A stretch of DNA of 64,000 nt from Eledone cirrhosa (GCA_964016885.1 OZ024743.1:229152001-229216000), one strand, 5' to 3'. Shown: positions 1 to 12,140, numbered from the stretch's first letter. The notes: generated from the letters alone by a model not told the origin. Program-made: numbers and translations.

Positions 1-542
1 CCAATACCAACACCACACGTCCACACTGTCTATGTCATATTGTGGACTTTTAATTGTGGTTGAAGGGACAGCATAAGTAAACTGGGTCTCTGAACCAGAG
101 TTTGTTGCAGCATGTTGGCAAATCTTTCTCAAACAATCAAATAGCAATTTTTTTATTGCAGTCTATGGTGATTCTGTAACAGCAGTACATTACAAATGTA
201 GGAACAATGTATTTCATTGTTGTGTTGGTGCCATTAACACAGTACACTCTGTTGGTGATGAGTAATATTCTACTGTAGTAAAATGCTGCTCATCATCAAC
301 ATGAAATTCCACTGAGCTTCTATTAAAAAAGAGCTCCTACCCTTAAATTTTATGAAATATGAGATAAAAATATAAACTGTTTTTTTTTTGTTTTTTTTTT
401 ACTTTACTCAAAATTTCACTTTTCTGTTTCTAATTTACTTTGTACCATCTTTCCCAAAACAATCAAAGCCATATTTATAACTTTATATATATGCATGTGT
501 ATATTGCTGGCTCCTTTAAATATATGTCTATTTTCTCTCTCT

Positions 543-588
<46 letters not shown>

Positions 589-608
589 CATACACATGTA
601 TATAAATG

Positions 609-640
<32 letters not shown>

Positions 641-728
641 CAAATTTTGTATTTTTGTTAATCGCTTGTTAAATGCATGGACCCCACTCAATCATTACCT
701 TCTTGCTAGCTACCCAACACCCCTCCCA

Positions 729-824
729 CCCCCACGCACCACCATTGCTATTACGTGGACCAATCATAAAACAGAGCCCCCACGCATCACCAGTATTATT
801 ACGCGGACCAATCAGAAACCAGAG
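729..824 (+). promoter_or_regulatory. Tandem 48-bp repeat with two CCAAT boxes in RTE-A 5'UTR (candidate internal promoter)
   Basis: GGACCAATCAT (CCAAT at 760-764) and GGACCAATCAG (808-812) lie in two imperfect 48-bp units; both also present in copy 2. Confidence 0.45.
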
Positions 825-1015
825 GCCTATACTATCGCTTGCCTGGTTGCCTTTCGATATACGATATATGATGGATGGATGGACTGCGGAATCCTGGAGA
901 GTGGAGGTGAGAGAGAAAAATCTGGACGCTCAGCGACAATGCCAAAGATAAAGACAAATTCACCTCTTGGACGAGAATGCGAGCACTCCTCATTGTTTCG
1001 ACCGCGGACGGCTAA

Positions 1016-4000
1016 CATAACCCCATCGCCCCCCGCCCCTCACCGCCCCAACCCCCAAACGCAATCCAAAACTTCAGAGTTGGTACCATAAATGTAGGCA
1101 CCCTAAAGGGTCGCGCTAACGAGGTTGTAGAAATGCTTGAACGTAAGGAGGTCGATGTTTGTTGTATTCAAGAGACCAGGTGGAGGGGTGGGACTGCTAG
1201 GTTCATTGAGGGTAAAAAACGATGTTATAAGCTTTTCTGGGTGGGAAACGACGATGGGCTGGGTGGAGTAGGAATCATGGTAGCAGAAAAGTGGGCAGAT
1301 AAGATAATAGACGTAAATAGAGTGAACGACAGAATAATTAAAATACGACTTGTCCTCAATAGAACTACGGTGACAGTAATATCTGCGTACGCACCCCAAT
1401 CCGGACTGCCCGGCACTATAAAAGACAGATTCTATGAGACACTGATGCTAACTACCTCCCAAATATCCGACAGTGACTATATAATTATCGCAGGCGACCT
1501 AAATGGTCACGTTGGACAACATTGTGACGGCTACGACGAAATCCATGGAGGCTATGGGTTTGGTACTAGAAATGAGGAAGGCGCCAGAATCCTGGAATTC
1601 TGTGATGCAAATAACCTAACTATCTGTAACACTAACTTCAAAAAACGTGACAATCACCTGATCACCTATAGATCCGGGGAACACACAAGCCAGGTAGATT
1701 ATATCCTTACCAGAAGACGTGACAGAGTGTCTGTTGTTAACACTAAATCCCTCCCCCATGAAGAATGCACCTCCCAACATAGACTGATAATTAGCGACCT
1801 CATAGTCAGGACGAGACGTACTCGACAACAGAAGAGGACTATCCTCAGGAGGAAAATATGGAAGCTAAAGGACCCCACAGCCAGGAATAAATTTCAAAGC
1901 ATATTACTTGATGCTTTCGACAGTAAGGAAGAACATTTAGAGTCGGACAATATAGAGGGAGAGTGGGAATTTCTGAAAGCAAACCTGCTGTTGGCGACAG
2001 ACGAGGTCTGTGGCTGGAGCAGGCCTGTAGGCAGGAGGAGAGTAACATGGTGGTGGAACAGTAAGGTGGAGGGGTCAATTAAGGCCAAAAAGCAGGCTTG
2101 GAAAGTATGGCGGGATGGGGGAAGTAGAGAGGACTATCAAGTGGCCAGGAGGGAAGCTAGGAGACAAGTGTACTTAGCAAGAAGGGAAGCTGAGGAAAGA
2201 AAGTTCAAGCATGTTCTACAACGCGATGACCAAAAACGTGAGGTGTTCAGGATTGCTAGGCAATGCGTCAAGGAAAACCGTGATATTGTCGGGGAGAAGT
2301 GTGTACTAAACGACGATGGCACACTTGCCATCACCGACGCTGATAAGAAGGTAGCTTGGAAGTGTCACTATGAAAGGCTACTAAATGAGGAGAATAATTG
2401 GGAGAAAGGCAGTCTCCCCCATATCGACCCAATAGAGGGACCAGCAGTGTTAGTCGAGGGGAGTATAATAAGTAAGGCAATCAAGGATATGAAGACGGGT
2501 AAGGCGGCTGGGCCTTCGGAAATAGTTGCTGAGATGCTGAAGGCATCTGGCACGGTGGGACACACCATGGTCACCCGCATAGTTAACCAAGTCGTACAGA
2601 ATGGGGTTGTTCCGAAGGACTGGCATAGCAGCATCATCGTTAACTGTTATAAGGGCAAAGGAGACGCCCTAGATAGGAGTAACTATAGAGGCATTAAATT
2701 AATCGACCAGGTCATGAAGGTCACGGAAAAAGTAATAGCGCAACTAATCAGAGAGAGAATTGACCTAGATGAAATGCAGTTCGGGTTTGTGTCAGGCAAA
2801 AGTACCACAGACGCTCTTTTCATAGTACGACAACTACAGGAGAAGTACCTAGCTAAAGGTAAACTCCTCTACTTAGCTTTTGTCGACTTGGAGAAAGCCT
2901 TCGACAGAGTCCCCCGCTCCATTATCTGGTGGGCTCTTAGAAAACTAGGCGTTGACGAATGGCTTGTGAGGGCTATACAAGCCATGTATAAAGAAACAGT
3001 CAGCAAGGTTAGAATTAACAACGAATATAGTGAAGAGTTTAGCGTAAAAGTTGGCGTCCATCAGGGCTCTGTTCTCAGCCCACTACTATTTATTATTGCC
3101 CTTCAGGCTATAACAGAGGAGTTCAAGACAGGCTGCCCATGGGAACTCCTATACGCAGACGACCTGACACTCATAGCGGAATCAATGGCCGAGCTAGAGA
3201 AGAAATTCCAAACATGGAAGCACGGCCTAGAGTCAAAAGGACTTAAAATTAACCTGGCTAAGACCAAAGTACTAGTTTGTAGGAAAGAAAACAAGGCGGC
3301 GGTCCCTTCTGGGAAATGGTCGTGCTCGGTGTGTAGGAAAGGCGTAGGTAGAAACTCCATTTTATGTCCTAAATGCAAAGTATGGGTGCATAAAAGATGT
3401 AGTGGGATCACAGGTAAGCTAACTAAGAACATAGATTTTACATGTGGCCGGTGCTCTGGTGCAATAAGTAGCAGCAAGTGCCCACAAACTACTAGCTCTT
3501 TCAATTGCGCAGAGGGTTCTATAGAAATAGTGGACAGCTTCCGTTACCTGGGCGATAAAATCAGCAGTGGGGGAGGGTGCTCTGAAAGTACTGTAGCTAG
3601 AGTCAGAACTGGTTGGAAAAAGTTCAGAGAGCTTATACCACTATTAGCTGCTAAAGGGTTCTCACTAAAAATGAAAGGCAGGTTGTACGATGCCTGCATA
3701 CGAACAGCAATGCTGCATGGCAGTGAGACCTGGGCATTGTGTGCAGAGGATATACGCAGACTAGAGAGGAACGAAGCTTGCATGCTCCGCTGGATGTGTA
3801 ACAGTAATATACGTGAACGGCAAAGCATAAACGAACTAAGGAAAAAATTAGAGATAAGAGGGATCAGATGTTGTTTACTCGAGAGAAGGCTACGTTGGTA
3901 TGGACACGTGATGCGCATGAAAGTTGATAGCTGTATAACAAAGTGCAGGGCAATAAAGATAGACGGTAGTCACGGAATAGGCAGACCTAGAAAAACCTGG

Positions 4001-4108
4001 GACGAGCTGATAAACTCCGACATCACACACTTACACCTCTCCAAGACAATGTCACTGGACCGAGACCTTTGGCGGTACTCAGTAACAGAGAAGACCCGCC
4101 TTACCTAA
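1016..4108 (+). CDS. RTE ORF: AP-endonuclease + reverse transcriptase with inserted PHD finger (first ATG at 1133, open frame from 1016)
   Basis: APE motifs GTINVGTL, CCIQETRW, AGDLNGHVG, QVDYIL, SQHRL. RT motifs NYRGIKL, QFGF, FVDLEKAFDRV, GVHQGSVLSPLLF, YADD, FRYLG. RTE C-terminal RLRWYGHVMR...GRPRKTW. Confidence 0.93.
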   Translation, partial: HNPIAPRPSPPQPPNAIQNFRVGTINVGTLKGRANEVVEMLERKEVDVCCIQETRWRGGTARFIEGKKRCYKLFWVGNDDGLGGVGIMVAEKWADKIIDVNRVNDRIIKIRLVLNRTTVTVISAYAPQSGLPGTIKDRFYETLMLTTSQISDSDYIIIAGDLNGHVGQHCDGYDEIHGGYGFGTRNEEGARILEFCDANNLTICNTNFKKRDNHLITYRSGEHTSQVDYILTRRRDRVSVVNTKSLPHEECTSQHRLIISDLIVRTRRTRQQKRTILRRKIWKLKDPTARNKFQSILLDAFDSKEEHLESDNIEGEWEFLKANLLLATDEVCGWSRPVGRRRVTWWWNSKVEGSIKAKKQAWKVWRDGGSREDYQVARREARRQVYLARREAEERKFKHVLQRDDQKREVFRIARQCVKENRDIVGEKCVLNDDGTLAITDADKKVAWKCHYERLLNEENNWEKGSLPHIDPIEGPAVLVEGSIISKAIKDMKTGKAAGPSEIVAEMLKASGTVGHTMVTRIVNQVVQNGVVPKDWHSSIIVNCYKGKGDALDRSNYRGIKLIDQVMKVTEKVIAQLIRERIDLDEMQFGFVSGKSTTDALFIVRQLQEKYLAKGKLLYLAFVDLEKAFDRVPRSIIWWALRKLGVDEWLVRAIQAMYKETVSKVRINNEYSEEFSVKVGVHQGSVLSPLLFIIALQAITEEFKTGCPWELLYADDLTLIAESMAELEKKFQTWKHGLESKGLKINLAKTKVLVCRKENKAAVPSGKWSCSVCRKGVGRNSILCPKCKVWVHKRCSGITGKLTKNIDFTCGRCSGAISSSKCPQTTSSFNCAEGSIEIVDSFRYLGDKISSGGGCSESTVARVRTGWKKFRELIPLLAAKGFSLKMKGRLYDACIRTAMLHGSETWALCAEDIRRLERNEACMLRWMCNSNIRERQSINELRKKLEIRGIRCCLLERRLRWYGHVMRMKVDSCITKCRAIKIDGSHGIGRPRKTWDELINSDITHLHLSKTMSLDRDLWRYSVTEKTRLT

Positions 4109-4503
4109 ATATATAGTAAAACCTACTCCAGCCAGTAGGCATCTCTAACAAAATACACCCCGTCCCACCACCCCCGCCCCCACCCCATCCACACCACCGC
4201 GTTCTGTGTAAAGTTATGTTGGTGCCGCGCCATCGAGGCCGAAACAAATGAGATCGTGTAGGTGTCACGACAAAAAAACACACAGTCCACGCTGTAATGT
4301 GGCCGTGTAGGCAACACGGTAAAAACCTCCCAGACCCACACTGTAAATGTGGTTGGTGTTAGGAAGGGCATCCAACTGTAGAAAACCTGCCAGACAGTCC
4401 TATGCGAGCAAGACAATCACTCTTGCCTCAAGTGGGACTACCCCCGTCCAAACCCATGCAAGCGTGGAACACGGACGTTAAACGTTGATGATGATGATGA
4501 TGA

Positions 4504-4543
<40 letters not shown>

Positions 4544-5004
4544 AAGTATATATTTATATATATATATGTAAATATTTATATATATATATATATGGGAAAG
4601 TAAAAAACAGTTAATAATAAGCTAGTAACAATAGGGGGCACTGTTGTAGCTGTTGCTGATGCTATCACAACATCAATAGATATATGCACTAAGATGATCA
4701 ATGTGATAAAATAATAAAATAAAAAATAAAATAAAAAATACAGAAAGGAAAATGAAAAACAAGAAGATAGAAAGAAAAAAACTGAAAAAGGAAAAAGAAG
4801 GATAAAGAAATAAAGAAAACTAATCAGTGATTGCTCTTGTAAGATCTTAGAGAATCTCTTAGTAACAAAGAGCAACAGGATAAACGAGCAAGTTGGGGTG
4901 ATTTACCAACATTAATATAGCAGCTAACCACTTGTGAATGGGCTATAAAAGGACTGATAGTGAGATATCTGGACAGCCATCGGAAATAGGCTGATTAGTT
5001 CTCT

Positions 5005-5250
5005 ATGTCATGCAGAGGTGATGATGGTGATAATGATGTTGAAAATAATGATGATTGTAATAGTGAGTGTGATGGTGATGACACTACTGATAGTGAGGAT
5101 GATGAAGAAGTGGGGGTGATGGGAATAATGTTGAGGGTAATACTTATAATGATAGTGATGATAATGGCAGTAATGGTAGTGGTGATTAAGATCATGGTTA
5201 GAATGATGATGATGATGATAATGGTTATAGTGATTATGGTGGTTTTTCAT
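5005..5250. repeat. Low-complexity (GAT/GGT/AAT) trinucleotide region
   Basis: Degenerate GATGATGGTGATAAT repeats. Confidence 0.8.
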
Positions 5251-5929
5251 TAGTTTTAGTTTGGTATGTATTCATTTTTTTTTTGTTTTTTTTTTTTCTT
5301 TTTGGCATATTTACTTTATTTTTCTCTTTCCTTTCTCTGCTGGAATATGAGACGTTGGATACAGCAAGGAGATTACTTCTACTAGCTAATTAGTTAGTCT
5401 TAAGTAGCTAGCAAACTATGACGGTACTCATGTTACTTAAGTCTTCCTTCAGTGTTCAGTTGTTCCGAAATAGCAAAAGGAATTAAACCAAAGCAGCCCT
5501 CTCCTCCTCTTCCTCATCCTTTCACCCTCTCCTCACCTCTACCCACCTCCCTCTTCTCACCTCATCTGCTTTCTCTAGACAAATTCTCCCCCATCTCAAC
5601 CTGTTCCCCTTCACCTTATCCACAAACACCAGCCTCAATACCGCCTCCTCCTCCTCCTCTAACTTTGTCTCACCTGCTTCATCTAGACAATAGTAATTGT
5701 GAGGTAAGCTTACTACATTCTTCAGAATTAGAAACTACATCACTAACAACAACAACAACAACAGTTATAATAATCATCATCAGCAGCAGCAGCAGCAGCA
5801 TAAGTTGTTGTTTTTTTAAATAATGGTAGAAGAAATAGTTCAGATTAAGAATTATTAAAGTCATTCTGCCACAGTATATACACGCACATATATACACATA
5901 CATACGCGCACAGTATATACGCATACATA

Positions 5930-7852
5930 CACACACAAATACATACATACAAACACACATACAAACACACACAAATACACACATACATACACTCACAAAT
6001 ACAAAAACACATACATACACTCACAAATACAAAAACACATACATACATACACTCACAAATACAAAAACACATACATACATACACTCACAAATACAAAAAC
6101 ACATACATACATACACTCACAAATACAAAAACACATACATACATACAAATACAAAAACACATACATACACTCACAAATACAAAAACACATACATACATAC
6201 AAATACAAAAACACATACATACACTCACAAATACAAAAACACATACATACATACACTCACAAATACAAAAACACATACATACATACACTCACAAATACAA
6301 AAACACATACATACATACACTCACAAATACAAAAACACATACATACATACAAATACAAAAACACATACATACACTCACAAATACAAAAACACATACATAC
6401 ATACACTCACAAATACAAAAACACATACATACATACACTCACAAATACAAAAACACATACATACATACACTCACAAATACAAAAACACATACATACATAC
6501 ACTCACAAATACAAAAACACATACATACATACACTCACAAATACAAAAACACATACATACATACAAATACAAAAACACATACATACACTCACAAATACAA
6601 AAACACATACATACATACACTCACAAATACAAAAACACATACATACATACACTCACAAATACAAAAACACATACATACATACACTCACAAATACAAAAAC
6701 ACATACATACATACAAATACAAAAACACATACATACACTCACAAATACAAAAACACATACATACATACACTCACAAATACAAAAACACATACATACATAC
6801 ACTCACAAATACAAAAACACATACATACATACACTCACAAATACAAAAACACATACATACATACAAATACAAAAACACATACATACACTCACAAATACAA
6901 AAACACATACATACATACACTCACAAATACAAAAACACATACATACATACACTCACAAATACAAAAACACATACATACATACACTCACAAATACAAAAAC
7001 ACATACATACATACACTCACAAATACAAAAACACATACATACATACACTCACAAATACAAAAACACATACATACATACAAATACAAAAACACATACATAC
7101 ACTCACAAATACAAAAACACATACATACATACACTCACAAATACAAAAACACATACATACATACAAATACAAAAACACATACATACACTCACAAATACAA
7201 AAACACATACATACATACACTCACAAATACAAAAACACATACATACATACACCTACAAATACAAAAACACATACATACATACACTCACAAATACAAAAAC
7301 ACATACATACATACACTCACAAATACAAAAACACATACATACACTCACAAATACAAAAACACATACATACATACACTCACAAATACAAAAACACATACAT
7401 ACACTCACAAATACAAAAACACATACATACACTCACAAATACAAAAACACATACATACATACACTCACAAATACAAAAACACATACATACACTCACAAAT
7501 ACAAAAACACATACATACATACACTCACAAATACAAAAACACATACATACACTCACAAATACAAAAACACATACATACATACACTCACAAATACAAAAAC
7601 ACATACATACATACACCTACAAATACAAAAACACATACATACATACACTCACAAATACAAAAACACATACATACATACACCTACAAATACAAAAACACAT
7701 ACATACATACACTCACAAATACAAAAACACATACATACATACACCTACAAATACAAAAACACATACATACATACACTCACAAATACAAAAACACATACAT
7801 ACATACACTCACAAATACAAAAACACATACATACATACACTCACAAATACAC
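5930..7852. repeat. Minisatellite, ~32-bp unit ACATACATACACTCACAAATACAAAAACACAT with 26/28-bp variants
   Basis: About 60 tandem units are directly visible. Confidence 0.97.
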
Positions 7853-7936
7853 AGAAAAATACATACAAATATGCAAACATAAATACACACATACACAGAC
7901 AATATTCTAATAGTAAAAGCCAAGGAAAGATAAATA

Positions 7937-7939
<3 letters not shown>

Positions 7940-8005
<66 letters not shown>

Positions 8006-8028
8006 CAGCAGTAGTTGTTGTAGTAGTA
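7940..8028. repeat. (GTA)n microsatellite
   Basis: Pure GTA run. Confidence 0.95.
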
Positions 8029-8340
8029 GCGCAAGATTGTTTGGGATAAAAGATTTCCCCAGAGTGGTTTTCGTTAATTACAGCAACAGCACTGTAATAT
8101 CCACACAGGGACCTTCAACTTTAAAAGACTTCCTGGAAGGAGTAAATAGTAAGCAACATTCTCTCTCTCTCTCTCACACACACACATACTCTCTCATACA
8201 CTCCCCCCTATACATATATATATATATATACATATATATACATATATACACATATATACATATATACACATATATACATATACATACATATAGACACATA
8301 TACACACATATAGACACATATACACACATATAGACATATA

Positions 8341-8410
<70 letters not shown>

Positions 8411-8699
8411 TATCAAAAGAATCTCAAAAGAAATAAAGAAAACACACACACATACAGGTAAATATCCACACCTGTACATGACACACTCCCAAGTATACAT
8501 CTCCAAAGTACAAACACATATATGCATATGTACACACACATTCACACAAGTGGGCAGAAAGCAAATTCTTCAACAAACTGAAAAGACAGTAAAGGTAAAT
8601 ACTGCTAGATAAAATAGAAAATAAATTAGTTTTTTTTTCTTCTTTTCAGTGCAGCTAGCATTCACGTATGATAACAAAGCTGTTCTTTAAATACACATA

Positions 8700-9640
8700 C
8701 ATGCAACAAATCATTATAATACACATACATACAAACAACAGACCATTATAACACACACACAGACACACCCACACACACACACACAAACACACACACAAAC
8801 AACAGACAGAGAGAGATAAACCAGACCATATGAATACACACACTGACATACATACATACATATGCACTGATAAATATACATACAACTATATATATATACA
8901 CATCCACACACATTTGCTCATAGACCTTATGAATATATGAATACACACATATACTTATACCAATACACACTTACATAGTCGCATATGCATACAACAGACA
9001 CATATCGATACTTGCACACAACATATATGAATACACATTTACACACAGACAACAAAAGACTATATAAATACACATACTCACACAACAGACAATATGAATA
9101 CACAGACACAACAGACAATATGAATGCACATACACAACAGACAATATGAATGCACATACACAACAGACAATATTAATGCACATACACAACAGACAATATG
9201 AATACAGATATATACATACACAGCAGACTATATTAAAACACATACGCACACACAACATTATATAAATACACATAAATACACAATAGATTATATAAATACA
9301 CATACACAACAGACCACATACATACTCATACACAATGGACCATATAAATACACATACACAACAGACTATATAAATACAGACATACACATACACAACAGAC
9401 TATATAAATACAGACATACACATACACAACAGACATACACATACACAACAGACTATATGAATATAGACATACACATACACAACAGACTATATAAATACAG
9501 ACATACACAACAGACTATATAAATACAGACATACGCTTACACAACAGGCCATATAAATACCATGTACATACGCATACACAACAGAACATATGAATACACA
9601 TATACACATTAACAACAGACAATATGAATACATACATACA
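8700..9640. repeat. Degenerate minisatellite, ~26-32-bp unit ACACAACAGAC(A/T)ATATGAATACACAT
   Basis: Recurrent ACACAACAGAC core with diverged spacers. Confidence 0.8.
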
Positions 9641-10236
9641 CATATGTGCACAAATTTTCTCATTTTAGGGTGTTATATATAAAAAGATAAGTACAATTGA
9701 TAAGCTCTTTCCACATCTGAAATTACTGAAAATGGCTTCCTGAATGTCTATTATCATAGGACAATAGTCAGAGAAACACTATCAGTGGGGAAAAAACCCT
9801 AAAGCCATAACATGTGAATTAATTCTATGAAAACATAGAAATTTTACCTGGTTAAAAAATAAATAAATAAAAAAATAAGACAGACAAAAGCATATGATGA
9901 AAGCAATCTCAAGAAGAGGACTCACCACTCAACAGCTAATTCAACTTGGAAGATACTTACCTAAAAAAAAAGAAAAAAATATATATAAATACATAAATAG
10001 TGCAAAGTGAAAATTAAAGAACTTTAAAAATGAAGGGCAGCAAATTATATAGATTTATATATTTATAAATACATACATACATATACATACATATATATAA
10101 ACATACATGCATATATATATATACATACATATATATATATATATACAGGCATGCATATATACATACATATATATAAATGCATATATATATATATATATAT
10201 ACATACATACATATAAATGCATATATATATATATAT

Positions 10237-10823
10237 GGTGGCTGCCAACTCGTTTTCGAGTACGGCCACTACTTTATATCCGTGTAGCAGAACCCTTACC
10301 AATGTGCTGAACGAGTGTGACTTTTTAGTCCAGCCAGCGACTTGAAAATTCTGGTACAAACACTACACCTGTGACAATTATTGACACATAGTGCTGGGCC
10401 CATGGTACCATGTGACGACAAGTGCTGAAAGATCTCCAGATATAAAGCAATGCCTGTGCCGTGAAGCTTTTATAGTGAGCAAAGGCACTGCACAAAGCCA
10501 GTCCCACTCTTTTAACCAAGATGATATTTACCAAAAAGAAGAACAAGTCAACATCATTGGATACCATCAGGGTTGCAGGTGTTATATCAGAGTTTACTTT
10601 CTCCTAGAATTCTGCCTTGACAAAGACTAAGGGGTCATCTCTCCCGGTGATTTTGGATGGCCATTGACTCTTAAGAGCTCCTTTGCCCTTTGACAGGTTT
10701 TCTTTTTAGTCCTGCAGGATGTCCAAAGTCACACTCTTCACCAAGAAAACTTGGTGGGGTTGCCAGTTTAGTCGCCAACGACCAGACCATGAGACAGGTT
10801 GTACTGGGATACATGTTACCAGT
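10237..10823 (-). mobile_element. Non-autonomous bipartite RTE derivative (5'UTR + 3' end of an RTE-B-like LINE)
   Basis: 10445-10655 aligns by eye with the RTE-B 5'UTR at 57553-57780. The 3' part encodes [15 protein letters not shown], like the last RTE-B zinc finger, and ends like RTE-B (TACTCGA..ACGAG..GGCAGCCA). Flanked by (TA)n. Confidence 0.85.
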
Positions 10824-10923
10824 ATACATACATATATACATACACATACATACACATATATATACATACATATACACACATACATACATACACATATACA
10901 TACACATACATATATATATATAT

Positions 10924-11028
10924 GTTGGCTGCCAACTCGTTTTCGAGTACGGCCACTACTTTATGTCCATGTAGGAGAGCCCCTACGGATGCGCTGAATA
11001 TGTTTGACTTTTTAGTCCAGCCAGCGAC
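10924..11028 (-). mobile_element. 5'-truncated copy of the same RTE-derived element
   Basis: Same 3' end, GGCTGCCAACTCGTTTTCGAGTACGGCCACTAC on the + strand. Confidence 0.85.
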
Positions 11029-11159
11029 ATACATACATATATACATACATACATACATATATACATACATACATATATATATATATATACATACATACAT
11101 ATATATATATATATACATACATACATATATACATACATACATACATATATACATACATA

Positions 11160-11975
11160 TGAAAATATGGTCATCAGAATTGTCAGCGTACAACAAATAC
11201 ATTGCCCACAATACTTATGCTGTGCCAATTCTAACGCCAACATTTGGCCTGCTGAACTGGTCATTTCAAGAACTAAGTGAGATGGATGTTAGAACTCGCA
11301 AACTTCTCAGTGTTACTGGGAACTTTAACATCAATGGTGATGTGGATAGGCTATACTTCTCACGCAAGGAAGGTGGCCGGGGTCTAAAATCAATATTAAC
11401 AATATATGAGACCCGGATAGTAACACTGAAGCAACACCTTCAACAGAGGAAAAAGGTTGGCAACCATCTTGCCCAGGTTTATGGCATGAAAAAAAAAATA
11501 TCATTAGAATAGCCACCGATCTGGAGGAGAGATATGGAATAAAGCCTGATATAAATCTCTCACCCAGAGAAATTGGGAGATCCTATTCAATGTTCAACAA
11601 GATGAAAAAATTGACCAATTTACAGAAAAAGTTGTGCATGGATACTTGAGACGTAATACACAGACCATAGAGGGGATAAACCACTCAAAAAGACTGGCAT
11701 GGAGTTCCGACAAGCTTATGACATCACACCTTGAGGGATATCTCTATGCAATACAGAAACAAGAACTCCCTACCAAATATCTGCTGCACAAAAGGGGAGG
11801 GCCATCAACTGACAATAAATGTAGGCTATGTAAAACAAAGATCGAGGATGTAAGCCACATTGTTGCCAGCTGCGAAAGAATGTCATCTCGCTAATTTCTT
11901 TTCATTTACAACCTTGCCACCAGGAAGGTGGCCGGTCAAAAAAATATACTCGAAATTAAGAGAAAGAGATAACAT
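11160..11975 (+). mobile_element. R4/Dong-clade (RLE-type) non-LTR retrotransposon fragment, frameshifted
   Basis: Post-RT motifs NKYIAHNTYAVP, DVRTRKLL, RLYFSRKEGGRGL, then HG...EGYLYAIQKQ and the CCHC knuckle CRLC-x4-E-x3-H-x4-C. Confidence 0.8.
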
Positions 11976-11988
11976 ATACACATACATA

Positions 11989-12020
<32 letters not shown>

Positions 12021-12064
12021 CATACATACATACATACATACAAATTAAGAGAAAGAGATAACAT

Positions 12065-12101
<37 letters not shown>

Positions 12102-12140
12102 CATACATACATATATACATACATATATACATATATATAT

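Larger units (their letters stand above)
640..4507 (+). mobile_element. RTE-clade non-LTR retrotransposon, family A, copy 1 (5'UTR truncated, ORF intact)
   Basis: Single APE+RT ORF, ~370-bp 3'UTR ending ...GGACGTTAAACGTT(GAT)n, (TA)n on both sides. Nearly identical to 26416-30278. Confidence 0.95.

Noticed and set aside
1052-1060. CCCAAAC slippery heptamer for a -1 frameshift into the RTE-A ORF
   Set aside because: Not in the correct phase relative to the upstream ORF.
5930-7852. Regular ~32-bp repeats as a CRISPR array
   Set aside because: Head-to-tail units with no unique spacers, no cas genes, and a eukaryotic context.
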